A stretch of 64,000 nt of DNA from the NCBI RefSeq assembly GCF_030028105.1, contig NC_092382.1, positions 34,752,246 to 34,816,245 on the forward strand, read 5' to 3'. This document shows positions 12,400-26,500 of the stretch, one piece after another. Position 1 is the first letter of the stretch. Each line of letters starts with the position of its first letter. This stretch comes from Mobula birostris (lineage: Eukaryota). Position numbers and translations under genes: made by a program. The notes beneath the pieces were generated by a model. That model saw nothing but the letters and a program-made list of their open reading frames with translations. It ran no database searches and was not told the origin of the DNA.

Positions 12400-12487
12400 T
12401 CACAGTTTAACACTAAGTCCATTTCTGTTTCCCCGCAATGACATCAGTTGATTTTGCCCCTCTGCAGTGAATGGATTCCCCTTCAGC
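12400..12487 (-). CDS. NLR last coding exon
   Basis: tttcAG| LKGNPFTAEGQNQLMSLRGNRNGLSVKL*; candidate AATAAA on the minus strand at ~11390. Confidence 0.8.
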
Positions 12488-14538
12488 CTGAAACAGATGT
12501 AAGAATACAGAGGACGTTATACAGTTTGACTAGCAGGGCGGTGGTCTTGCTAATTCAGCAACAAATATTTCCAGGAAAGCCCAGTGAAGTTTTATTGCAT
12601 TAAACATTAATATAGTACTCACGTGATTTTCCTCAAGCTCTTGCGTCGCAGTATCAGCCGGCGGAACGAGTCGGTCGATTTGTCTGTGAATGAGTTTCCT
12701 CCCAGGTCCAAAATTTTCAGTGAACTCATTTTGTTGAGAACGAAGCAGAGGGACTCTGTGCAAGAATCGGTCAGACCGTTACTGTGCAGACTGGGGATCG
12801 CAAAGACAAAGAACAAGAGTCAGATGAATCGTGAGTATGTTTTTATTTTTACTCTCACTGAAACTAACATGGATGATAGAGTTAGTGAGTCTTGGGTCAT
12901 GGCACCATACAGCATTGAAACAGGCCACTCTGTCCACTACTGCGTCTCTTCTCACTTTGTCAAGACTCTGCTTCCAAAACTCTCTCCAGCTGTGAAGTAC
13001 TGGTACGCACCATTCTCTGGTTGAAAATCACCGCAGCAACTATTCCCCATCTCTATCCATGAAACTCTGCCATCCTACAACTGTCTTGTAGTATTTATCT
13101 ATACCTTACTTTTCAATATCTCATTAACCACTCTAAACCTCCTCCGTCCAGGGAAAAGTGACTGAGCCTCCCCAGACTCTCATAACAGAAATATCCCATT
13201 CCAGGAGATACCCTAGCAAGGGCAACTTGACAGTAGATTCTGGAATATGGAGAGAATCACATATTGCTGGAGGACTGAGATGGCCATGTAGAATCTGTGG
13301 AGGCATAGTTACCATTTCTGATCGAGATATTGAATGAAGACCAACATCCTGTCAACTTTCACTGCACCATCGGCAGCGCTGTCACATTCTTCCTTTCACA
13401 CGATCACCAGAACTGCATGAACTCCAGCTGGGATCTGAGCAATATTTGGTGACGTTGGAGATGAATGTCTCATCACTTGGGTCACTGTAATCAATGTGCC
13501 AATTTATGACGAAGGTCCGTCGTCCTGGGGCCGTTTTTACCGCATTGAGAAAGATGTTCACAGTCAGTTAAGAACATACCTTGTCACACTGATACTTACT
13601 CTAGTTCCAGTAGTTTACATTGGAGCTCCACCAGCACCTCAGACAGACGTTTCACCCCTGAATCTCCGATATTGTTATCACCCAGTGACAGAAGCTTCAG
13701 GGAGCAGTTTGTTTTGAGAGCGATAGCAAGATCCTCACTGAACGAATCTGTGAGAGCGACATCCCATAATCTGAGGGACAGAGACGCAGATGGAAATGGA
13801 AAGAGGAGGATCTGTTTTCACTTCCAATTCACTGTTTGTTGATAATACTCCTCATCTCTTATTGTATACTTAACATTATTGATACTAACAATGATCCACT
13901 CTCTTAAATGTAATTAAATTTCAGACACATAGTAGTTGTAAAATATGACCTCTCCATAGTCTGACTCTTACCGTAGTTTCTGTATTTTACACTCTGGGCT
14001 GTTCAAAGGTCCAAATATCAGCTTCACCCCTGAATCTCCCAGATTATTATAGTCCAGGGCAAGATCCACCAGTGACGGGCTAGTAGCTAGAGCGGAGGCG
14101 AGATACTCTGCGCCAGAAGCTGTGAGACCGATTCTACATAACCTGCAGTTCAAAAGAAGCAAATGAAACCCAATGCAAATTTGTCATTATTATTCCAGCT
14201 GAGGTCAAAAAGTACCAAACACATTCTACAACATTAGGCATTAAGTTGTAAGTACAATTTCTCAGTTTGGTACTTACCACAGTTCCTGTATTTTACAGTA
14301 TGGGGTCCTCAGAGCCTCAGAGAGCAGTTTGACTCCTGAATCCTCCAGTTTATTGTTATCCAGTTCCAGTTTGATCAGTGAGTGGTTTGTTCTGAGAATG
14401 CAGGCAAGATTCTTGGCGCAAGAAGCTGTAAAACTATTGTTCTTCAGTCTTGTGACCAGAAGAATTAGAGTGAGAGCAAATGAGGGGGAGAGAGAGGGTG
14501 GGGTGGGACGAGGGGGGGAGAGGGGGGAGGGAGGCAGT

Positions 14539-14569
<31 letters not shown>

Positions 14570-17500
14570 CCAGAGAGAAAATTAGTACACCATTCAATCT
14601 GTGTTCCTGATAATAACACTAACGTTGTACAACTGAGATTAGAACAATATCTGTCACTCTCCACTACTTACCCCAATTTTTGTATTTTACATTCCGAGTT
14701 ATTTAGAACTCCGAACAGCTTTTTTACACCTGTATCTCCCAATCTGTTGTCCTTCATATCGAGCTCCGTCACTGAGCGGTTTTTAATGAGAGCAGAGGCG
14801 AGGATTGCAGTCTGAGAGGCTGTGATACAATTATTGCCCAATCTGGTGTCCCATAATCAAAGGAAAAAAAGGGAGACTGAGACCTCAGAAGAAACAACTC
14901 AATATAAATCACCAGATTTTACCAGTAGTTACGTTAATTGTTAATTGTTCATAACTGTGTTCTGTTCTAGATATAATCAGAGAATCAGACTTCTCATAGT
15001 ATGGTTCTTACCGCAGTTTTTGTATTTTACAATCCTGCTCCCTCAGAGCTACAGAGATTAGGTTCATTGCTGAATCACCCTCACCCAATTCATTGTTTGT
15101 CAATCTGAAGGAAAAGAGAGAGTTGTGAGACTCAAACTGGCTCAGACCCATGACCTGACACATTTTGCCATTCTGATATTTCAAGTAAACATTAAGTAGT
15201 GAAGAAGTTTTCAGCTAAATTATTCTCACATTAAGAATTAATCCCAATATGTTACATCCCACTTGTTTTCAAGGTCTGTGTTTTGTTGCTCTTTCTAAAC
15301 TTATCTCTGTCCAGTTTTGCTTTCTGTATTATTTTGTTGTTATAATTTAGTTCATATTTGTCAAACCTGCATAATTTATGATGCACATTAAATCCCAGAT
15401 TCACAGAGGAAGGGCCACATTCCATAAAATTAAACATAAACTCGATCTGACATGTGCAATATTCCTGTACTATCTCAGATCAGCACGAACTGCAGCTGGG
15501 AAGCCCTTCAAGGAACTTTTCCAGACAGGCAGAATTTTGGTGGAGATGCAATTTTTCAAAGTACCAATTCCCTTCATTTATAACAGTCAGTTTTCATTTC
15601 AAACCCAACCATTCTTGAAAAACTTTTGTAGACTCTGTCTCAAGCAGAGCCATAGACAGCAAACAGATCATACCACTCTCCAGCTCAGTAGTTGAAATGT
15701 GGTGTGAGGGTGGCCACAAAATTGGTCCAGTTACGTCTCTAGTCTCAGGATAACTGCTGCAGCCGGTATATTGTAACTGTTTGCTGGCTGCTATAAACGT
15801 CTATGTATCACCGACTGGACAATGAAGATGGTGGCTGTTGTGACTGAGTCTTTGACTGCCTGGCCCAGAGAAGGAAGAGGCTGCAAATGGGTGAAGGGAT
15901 GCAGACGACTGAAAAGTGGAAAGGGCTGTGTCATTATTGTGTTAAGCTAACATCTGGTCACTTACAAGAAGCTCAGATCGCGCACTGACAACAGAGCTGT
16001 GCTCTGATCTTTGGCAATAAATGGGGATGTGGCTGCTCCCTGTGCAACACATGATGATAGTCGCTGCCGTTCTCCAGAAGGGATACGATACTGTTAGTCT
16101 GCTAATCATCAGTCAGTGACAAATTTAAGATATTTAGTCATCGGTAAAGCGAGCAAACAATGACACAGGGCTATTTATTTGGCTAAATACATTTAACATT
16201 AAATCTTTAATTTTCACTGATAGAAAATCTAAATATTTAGAATTACCCCAACTCTTGGCATTTGTAGAGACTGGGTGCCAGCCGTTGGAGTCCTTCACAC
16301 TGAATGTAGCAATGATCCAGGTCGAGGTGTTTTATTGTATCACAGAGTCCGATGACATGAGACAGGACCGCACAGTCAATTGGGGTCAGTCGCAGTCCAC
16401 TAAGTGAAAGTTTTTCCACAGACCCTAGTGCTTCCTGAGCTAGCACACGATTCTGAGACTCAAACAGGTAGTGCAATGTGTTCAGGAGGCTCCTTTTATC
16501 GGCTTCGTTCTCTGTGTTTCCACTCCGACGTTTGAACTCCCCCTTCACAAAGTCAATCACCTGGCAGGCTGCATCGACAGGAAATGGACCCAGAACCTCC
16601 TTCCAGCGCCAGGCTGACCCCGAGGAGAGACCAGCAACAAAACGGAGAAATACCTCAAACCGCCCATCTGTCATGCAGCAGGCTTCAGCGAGGATCTTCA
16701 CAGTATCCTTGAGGTCTGAGGTCAGGTATTGTGCGACTGCAGCTACAAACTCTTGGATGGTGAGGTGTGGGAATGTGTACACCACACACCGGGCAGAATC
16801 CTCTCTCTCCAAAAGCTCCATCAGGAACCCGGACAGGAACTGGGAAGGTTGCAGTTTGTACTTGATCAAATCTCCATCTGTAAACACAATCTTCCTCTCA
16901 GACACTCCTGTGAAGGCCATCTGACCAACCCTGAGTAACACATCATGAAGGTTCTCAATCTCACGGCCGTGGTTTTTCAGGATGTTGTAAACGTAGTAGG
17001 AATATAGTTGGGTGATGGTCTTGGGAACTTGCTGCGGGTCCTTGTCTCCTTTTGTAAAGAAGGGGCCCAGTGCTAGAGCGAGGATCCAGCAGTAGGAGGG
17101 GTTGTAGCTCATGGTGTACAGGATCTCGTTCTCCTTCACGTGTTTGAAAACAGCTGCTGCCACCGTCTCATCTTCAAAATGCCTATAGAAATAATCCTTC
17201 CGTTCCTCACCAACAAATCCCAGGATTTCAGCCCAGACACTAATCTCCGCCTTTTCCAATGAATGTAACGCAGTGGGGCGGGTGGTCACCAGCACTGAAC
17301 ACCCTGGGAGCAGTTTGTGCTGGATTAAATTGTACACAATGTCCGACACATGGCACCGGAATTCTGGGTCTGCACAGCATTGCTGAGGTTCTGTGTCTCT
17401 CCGACTCTCAGTAAAATCAATTCTATCCTTTAGTTCATCCAAACCATCAAATATAAACAGCAATCCCTCCGGGTTCTTCCAGACTTCTTCCAGACTATTC

Positions 17501-20500
17501 TCAAAGTAAGGATACTGTTGCAGAATCAGTTCCGTCAGGCTTATATCACGGTTAATGGTGTTTAGATCCCTGAATTTGAAACTGAACACAAAATGGTAGT
17601 GTTGGTATATTTTCCCCGTGGCCCAGTCATAAACAATCTTCTGTATCATTGTTGTTTTCCCGATGCCCGGGACTCCGGCCACTGCTGCTGAATTCCCAGG
17701 TTTCACTCTGTTCACTGATGTTGGATTCACAGAGTCAAATCCTAAGAATCTCTTTATTCGCTGCCAGTAAGTTATGTTATGGGAAAAGCTGCTTTGAAGC
17801 AACTGATCAGCATGGATTTTTTCCAACTCTCCCCGAAGATGCTTCATTCTCCACTCCTCATGGTCTCGGCCTCTTGCCAGCAGCTCGTGTTCCACAAACC
17901 TCCGTCCTCGAACAGAAGAAATGACCGTCAGCTCAGCGTATCGATCAACCAGCTTGAAAACCTTAACCTTCTCCCTCAACAGAATCGTGTTCACTCTGAG
18001 CTTTTCAGTTTCTTCCTGCAGTGTCTTCTTGTGTTTCTCATGAACATCTTCCATGGGAACAGAAAGAAAATTGACACAGTTAGATTCTCAACTTAATAGC
18101 GATACATGCAAAATTCAAATCACTAGAATTTCAACAGTTAACTCTAAAGTGCTGTGGTTGTTACCATCGAAAGTGAAAATCCACCAAGACACAGCTGTTT
18201 GGCCTGTAACCAATATGCAAAAAAATAAAATAAATAAAATCAAGTCTTCACAGAGCTGTCAGCTGTGAAGGTGAACATATCTCGAATACTCCACTGCAAC
18301 TGCCTGTGTTGACCAACTCAAGACCCTTTCATTTCCAGGTACTTTATTTTGAGGATAAAGTTTGAAAATCCACATGTTAAGGGTCTCAGCCTGACATGTC
18401 GACTGTTCATTTCCCTCTGTAGATGCTGTCCAGCCATATGAGCAATGTCAGAATCTGTACTATCTTCATATTGACAGGCGATGTTTTGTCAAGTTAAAAT
18501 AGCTACTGGAAGAACTTATCAAAACAGTCACCGCATGTGTAGAAGAAAGCAGAATTAACCTTTCAGGTCACTGTCCTTATGAAGCCCTTAGAAAATCTGA
18601 ATATCTTCAATTGCAGAGGAAAATGAGGTTGGAAAGAATGGGCAACCACAATATTAAATTAACCTCAGTCCCTTCTGCCTGCAGGCTCCATATTCCTCCC
18701 TTCCCTTTGTGTTTACAGTCCCTTAAGTGTCTCCGTCCACCACCACCCTGGCTGCACACTCCAGGTGCCCGTCACTCTCTGTCCCGACACATCTCCTTCA
18801 GAGCATCCCCCTCTCACCTTAAACACATGCCCCCTGGCATTACGCATTTCAAACAAGTACTGGCTGTCAACTCTATCTATCAGTGACTTATAAACCTCTG
18901 TCTGTTTCCGCCCTCTGACCACACCAATCCAGAGAAAACAAGCCACGTTTGTCTGAACTCTCCCTGGAGTTAACTCCCTCTAACCTAGGCCGTATCCTAT
19001 TGCCCGGGTGGCAAGCAGCGGTGGAAAGCCTCTACTCTAAGGCTAAAGAGCTGGTGGTAGACCTGAAGAGAGCTAAGGCACTGGTGACCCTTGTTTCCAT
19101 CCAGGGGGTCAGTGTGGACATGGTGGAGGATTACAAATACCTGGGGATACGAATTGACAATAAACTGGAATGGTCTAAGAACACTGAGGCTGTCTACAAA
19201 AAGGTTCAGAGCCATCTCTATTTCCTGAGGAGACTGAGGTCCTTTAACATCCGTCGGACGATGCTGAGGATGTTCTACAAGTTTGTGGTGGCCAGTGTGA
19301 TCATGTTTGCTGTTGTGTGCTGGGGCAGCAGGCTGAGGGTAGCAGACACCAATAGAATCAACAAACTCATTCATAAGGCCAGTGATGTTGTGGGGATGGA
19401 ACTGGACTCTCTCATGGTGGTGTCTGAAAAGAGGATGTTGTCAAAGTTGCATTCCATCTTGGTCAATGTCTCCCATCCACTACATAATGTACTGGGTGGG
19501 CACAGGAGTACATTCAGCCAGAGACTCATTCCACCGAGATGCAGCACAGAGCGTCATAGGAAGTCATTCCTGCCTGTGGCCATCAAACTTACAACTCCTC
19601 CCTTGGAGGGTCAGAAACCCTGAGCCAATAGGCTGGTCCTAAACTTATTTCCTTGCTTAATTTACATATTACTATTTAATTATTTGTGGTTTTATTACTA
19701 TTTAATTATTTATGGTGCAACTGCAATGAAAACCAATTTCCCCCGGGATCAATAAAGTATGACTATGACTATGACTATTCCCCAGTGTGATACAGCCAGC
19801 CTGTCCTGGGAACCGATAGATATGACCTTTGTGATGGAGACACTGCCTAACAAGACTGCCAACGTGCTCAAGCACAGATCGAGCCCTGATCCGAGTATCG
19901 ATCGTAATTATGTCTATACGTACTGTTGCCTTGCAGGGGGACAACCTTATACTACCTGCTCACAGGGAAGCTCAGCCCACGTGCTATCATTGATGAAGAA
20001 TGCTGCTCATACATTCTTGCCGAATCTGGAAATCTGTTTCCACAAAACAGATTCCTGCACATTCCCCCAATCACAGTAAATGTATATTCTCTGGTATTAG
20101 CCATTGCGACCCGGGGAGAAAAGGTGATGGCTGTAGGTTCTACCTGTGTCTCTTATCACCTTATACACCTGTATGAAGTTGCCTGTCATCCTCCTCCACT
20201 CAAAAGAGGGAAGTTCTAGATTGCTCTAGGATGTGTAATCTAATATGGGCAGTATCCTGGCAAATCTCCTTTGAACTTTCTTTAAAGTTTCCACATCTAC
20301 CCTATAAGGAGGCAACGAGAACTGAACACAACCTTCCACGTGTGGTCCAGTCAGAGTTTTAAAGAGACCCAACATTACTGCATCTCATGGCTCTTGAGCT
20401 CAATCAAGATGGTGTCACGTGTGTAGCGTGTCTGGGGGTTTCGCAATACATCAGTGGGAGGAGAGAGAGCAGTGAAAAATGATATCTTATCCGTTAAATA

Positions 20501-23500
20501 GGGGCTGTGGACAATTCTGATTTCATGGTGTGACAAGAATACACATGGATGTTAGCTGTCCTGTGTGATCAGCAGTTAGTCTGCCACCTGTCTTCAAGAG
20601 AGAGATAAGGAACACAATGAAACCGCATCTGGAGATGTGTAATGAAGGGACGGGAGAGAGAGAGCTGTCTGGAGCGGCTCCCCCTTTGAACCCTGAACTG
20701 TTTGAAGTGATGGACAGGTGATGCTCCAGCAGGGGGATAAAAAGGGACAGGTTCGCTAAGGCAGGACACACACGACACCCGAGGTAACGAGACCCTGGAA
20801 GCAGTGTTCCTCTCACGAGTCGGTGGGAAGTACCAGACAATGCACAGGGTGGAAAGGTACGATCAGCGGGAACCCGGTGTGTGTCCGCCCTTGCTTGGGT
20901 GCCGGGTTCACTGCAGAGGATTGACCGCATCTGGAGGAGGGGTCACAGTCGGTGACCTCAGGTGACATCACCAAGGACCTGCCCGAAATCTGCTTGAGAG
21001 CAAATATCGCCGGTCTGTGAGTGGAAGCCGTTTCTGAATGATCAGTCGTTCCCGTTCTCTCTCTCTCTCCCCCCACGTTGTCCATCGCCATGGCAACGAT
21101 TACTGCGAACTGAACTATTAAATCGAACTGGACTTTTGTGTCACTTTGAAATTGGTCATTTACCCCTAGACAACGATAGAGCTTGATTGATGCTGTTATC
21201 TTAATTCTGTGCACATGTGTGTTTATCATTGCTGAACTGTTGCATTTATTATCCTTTCGATTACTGTGTTGCTTGTTTCTTTAATAAAACTTTCTTAGTT
21301 CTAGTAATCCAGACTGCAACTGAGTAATCCATTTCTGCTGGTTTGGCAACCCAGTTACGCGTACATAACAATGGAGACAGACGTGAAGGCACAGAGGAAC
21401 ACCTGGAGAAATTTCTGAAACGCCCGTTTGCTGCTGTCGTTACTACGCGGTAGGGAATCTTCTGGAGGGAAGGCCTCAAAATCCCCAGCTTTGCTTGCTG
21501 TTGGCGACCAAGATTGAGATCGAATCGTTCGGACAGAGATGTCGCTCAGTATTCAGTGTCGAAGAGCTGATCAGAGTCCCTAAGTTTTCAGATGGCTCAG
21601 ATTCGGACTGTGGTCGGGCATGGCAGGGAGAGTTCTTCTTCCTTCTCCCGTCTGCGTGAGGTGTGGGACATTTGAGAGACTTCAAACTTTTTACTGTGCT
21701 GATGGATTTCTTCATCAAGTTATGGTGTTGTAACTATATGTTATAATTATGTGGATTTGTTAGTTTTTTCAGTCTTGGTCTGTCCTGTGTTTTGTGATAT
21801 CACACCAGAGGAAACATTGTATCATTTCTTAAATGCATGCATTACTAAATGACAATAAAAGAGGACTGCGTGTCTTCAGAATCTAATCTAATATCAGAAC
21901 CACTGTAAGAGTTAATGAGACTCAGCAGTTCATCAGAATCTGAACACTGGTCTACAGGTGTCACAGAATGCGCTAAGCGTTCAAGGCCCAATGGCGCTAA
22001 ATAGATGGATCAATTAATATAATTCATTGTCACATTTTCAAAATTTGTCATAGATTCGATGATTAAAAGTTTAAACTGCAACAGGTGAGCGATTGGGTGT
22101 GAATTCCGTGATCACTCCCTTCAAATCAAACATTTTTTTTTCCCTGTCTCCCAGACTGTGCAAACTTGGGAAGCAACAGCTCTGGCTCACACTGATTCTG
22201 GCAAGTCAGCGGTGTCAGAAAGTGGAACCTCTTACCTTTTAACTGAGGTGGTAATTCGGTTAACCCTTCGCTGATGTTCATGTATTCTGGTATATCAGCC
22301 CCTGTTTAAATCAATAAATTAAAATTGAATCATATTGTTCCAGTTACAATGGTTTTTATTGTCACTTTGTGTTCAATGTGTTGTTTTACTGTACCGAGCT
22401 CCTGGATTTCCTTCAATATTCTGTCCAACTTCGGTAACTTGTTTTGCATTTTCACAAATGCTTCCCACATCACCTTCTGGGCTCGGGAGCCTTTCCCCAT
22501 CACCAGGGTGAAGAATACATTTGATCCTTCTGGCCGGTTTCGCTTCCGCACAAGTTCAGTGACTTCCTATAAATAACAAAAACAAATATATTGAGGAGTG
22601 GACTGACATAGCACATGAGCAAAGCCACTGCCCAGTCATGGGACGTCTCAGCAGCCAAGGTACAGTCACTGAACGGGCTCGTCACTCGTTCTGCAATCCT
22701 TGGATCGAGTCATCAGCAGGCAAACAGGAAATGAAAACTAATAAAACTCTGAATTCACTAGTTGTAGCAGAGTGGGGAATGATCAATACAGGTTTAATGT
22801 GATCAGTTCCCATGTTCAATATCCAACTTTCTACAGACTTACCAGTAAGGAAGTTTCAAGCTTGATAATTGTGGGGAATGCAAGATTGCATTATTGATCT
22901 GGGAGGCCGTCACTGGAAAACCAAGGGACGATGCCTCAGAAGGTTCTTCAAACAAGGCAATATTGGACAGATTAGATGTACCTGAGTGCCTGATGTAACA
23001 TAAACTGGGCTGCTATTTGACACGAGGAAAGACATTAATCAGGCATTATCTTCAGTATCTCCATTATCTTCTAAGAAACTCGAAAACTTTCACCAAGTGC
23101 CATGTAGCATTCTGATTGACTGCAACACCATCTAGAATGGGGCGAGGGGTGTGTGGCTGGTGGAGATGAGCGGGCTACTGCACAAGATCGAAGTAAGTTG
23201 CAGAAACTTCTAAAACTTAATCATCTCCATCATGGGCACGAGCCTCTGTAGTATCTCAGACATCTTTAAGAAGCGGTGCCTTAGGAAGTCAGTATCCATA
23301 ACTCCATCACCCAGGGCATGACCTGTTTTCATTTCCACCATCAGGAAGGAGGTGCAGAAGTCAGAAGGCACAGATTCAGCAATTCAGGAACAGCTTCTTT
23401 TCCTCTGCCATCCGATTTCTAAACGGATATTGAACCCATAAACTACCTCACTGCATTTTTTTTTGTTTTATTTTTGCACTACCTATTTCAACTTAACCGT

Positions 23501-26500
23501 TTAACAGATAAACCTTCATTAGCCAGTCATTCTGTTACTGAAAAACAGAAAACCCCTGTATTTATTTTGTTTTACTTTTATTCAAGAACAGCAGATATAA
23601 GACGGGTGATTATATGCCTCGTGACTAACCTCACTGGCTGGGTGATTATTAGAAACTGATGAGAGAGGCAGGATTAATCTTCACTGGGAAAGACAGTTTG
23701 TGATCAGGTAGAGTCAACAGGCACTGCTTCATGAGCAACATGGCAAAATTCTGGATGAACTCAGCAGGTCCTGCAGGATCTATGGAGGGAAATTAACAAA
23801 CGACGTTCGGGGCCAAGACTCTCCATCAGGACTGGAAAGGAAGGGATGAGAAGCCAGCATGAGAAACTCGGACCAAGGCCTCCTCTACTGCCACGACGAG
23901 GCCACGCTCAGGTTTTGGGAGCAACGCCTCATATCTTGACTGTGTAGCCTCTAACCCGATGATAGAAAATTCACTTCTCTAACCTCTAGCCATTTCTTCT
24001 CCGTCCCTTCTCTCTTTTTAACTATTCCCAATTATGGATCTTCTATCATGTGCTCTCTTCTCCTCGACTGTCCATCACTTCCATCTGCAGCTCCTCCTCC
24101 TTCACTTTGTCACACGGCCCCTCTCCTCTCCTATCAGCTTCCATCTTCTTCTGTCCTTTGCCTTTTCCACCTATCACCTTCCCCACCCACCTCCCCACAA
24201 ACCTGTTTTCAGCTATCATCCGCCACAGTGCACAACTTCACCCCAGCATAACATTCTTTTACTGTTGATGTCTCGGCCCAAAGCCACGACTGTGTATTCT
24301 CCTCACTCAGTATTCTGTAGATGTTGCTCTGGATTCCCAGCATCTGTGGGATCCCTTGTGTTTGCACTTGTCGTTGGGCAGCCTGTCCATAAGACCATAA
24401 GACATGGGAGCAGAACTAGGCCATTCACCCCATCGAGTCCGCTCTGCCACGGCAGCATGTCTGATCCCGGGTCCTTCTCAACCCCATACACCCGCCCTCT
24501 CACCATGTCCCTCGATGCCCTGATCTATCAGGAATCTATCAACTTCCCCTTCAAATGTACCCGTGGACTTGGCCTCCACGTTGTCTGCGGCAGCGCCTTC
24601 CAGAGATTCACCACTCTTTGCCCGAAAACATTCCTCCTTACTTCTGTTCTGAAAGGTTGCCCCTCTCCACATCCACCTTATCTAGTCCTTTCAACATCTG
24701 ATAGGTTTCAATGTGATCCGCACATATTCTTCTAAATTCCAGTGAGTACAGACCCAAAGCTGCCAAATGCTCTTCATATGTTGACCCCTTTATCCCCAGA
24801 ATCATCCTCGTGGACCTGCTTTGGACTCTCTCTCGCGGGAATGCATTCTTTCTGAGATAAGGGGCCCAAAAAATTGACAATACTCCAAGGGCGGACTGAC
24901 CAGGGTCTTATTAAGGCTCAGCATTATCTACTTGTTCTTATACTCTGTTCCCCTTGAAATGAGTGCCAACATTGCATTTGTCTTCTTTACCATAGACTCA
25001 ACCTGTAAATTAACCTTCTGGGAGGCTTGCATGGGAACTCCTAAGCCCCTTTGTACCTCTGATGTTTGAATTTTCTCCCCCAAAAAAATAACAGTCTGCA
25101 CTATTGCTCCTTTTACCAAAATGCAGGATCACACATTTCCCAACACTGTATTTCATCTGTCACTTGTTTGCCCATTCTTCCAATTTGTCAGAGTCCTGCT
25201 GCAATTGCATTGCTTCCTCAGCACTATCTACCCCTCCATCTATCTTCGTATCATCCGCAAACCTTGCCGCAAAGCCAGTCATTCCAGTAAGTCTTTGACA
25301 ATGTGAAAAGCAGTGGTCCCAAAACTGACCCCTGAGGATCACCACTAGTCATAGGCAGCCAACCAGAAAATGCCCCTTGTATTCCCACTCACTGCCTCCC
25401 GCTTGTCAGCCATTCCTCTATCCATGCCAATATCTTTCTTGTAATACCTTATCGAATGCCTTCTGAAAATTTGAGTAAATGACATCCACTGTCTTCTTTG
25501 TCCACCGTGCTTCTTAGTTCCTCAAAAAATTCTAACAGATTTTTCATGCAATATTTGCCTTTACAGAAACCATGCTGATCTTGACATTTTATTATTTGTC
25601 TCTTAGTACCCTGAAACCTCGTCCTTAATAATGTACTCCAACACTTTCCCAAGTTAGGCTAACTGGGCTATAATTTCCTCTCTTTTGTCTTCCTCCCTTC
25701 TTTCTCACTGTCTGACTATACTAATTGAGTATTTTTAAAGCCAAAACTAAATCCATTGCTGAAGGCAGTACGGTTGATTTGATTTTTGTTATGTGGAGGT
25801 TGGAGCTTTCCAGATATTCTCAGATGAGATCAGGTGGAACAATTCATACACAGAACAAGGTAACTGGTGCATGACACTATTAACTGCAAATTCTGTCTTC
25901 CAGGTTGTTGATGGTGAGCTGACGCCATGGCATGCCAAGGGAAGGTGGACACATCCACGTTTATTGAAAATTGTCACCAGCAACAATGTGTTTGCCCACA
26001 GCCCGGGCCACGTGCTGTTTATATCTTGCCACGTGTGCTGACCAGTCATAAACAGAACTTTGTGCAATAGACAGCCATCACCACCCCCACCCAGACACCC
26101 CAGCTGGAACTCTCGATGAAAGAAAGGTCACTGATAAAGCACCTGGAGAAGCTGGTGCCTCTCACACTACGGGAGGAACCGATACGGTGATGGCCAGGGC
26201 TGGGGTGATGGTTAATTTTAGCTAACTAGGGAAAGACAGCCGTGATTCAACCAGTCTTGAGTCACCATCTGCAAGGTCTGTCTTTTTTTGTGGCTGAGTT
26301 GACTGAGTGAATTTAAACTCCAGCTTTGTAGAAAGATTGGCTCGAATTTTAACTCACATCTGTTCACCAGGGATGGTACATTCAGACTGCTCACTTGCCA
26401 CTGTGGTATGCATGTTAAGTTTGAAAAGAACATGCTCCCCTAACTTTAAAGTACAAAGTTTATTGTCAGAGTACACACATCTCGGCACATGCAACCCTGA

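Noticed and set aside
14329-14815. Plus-strand ER-repeat ORFs
   Set aside because: Translation of the (GA)n microsatellite antisense to the NLR.
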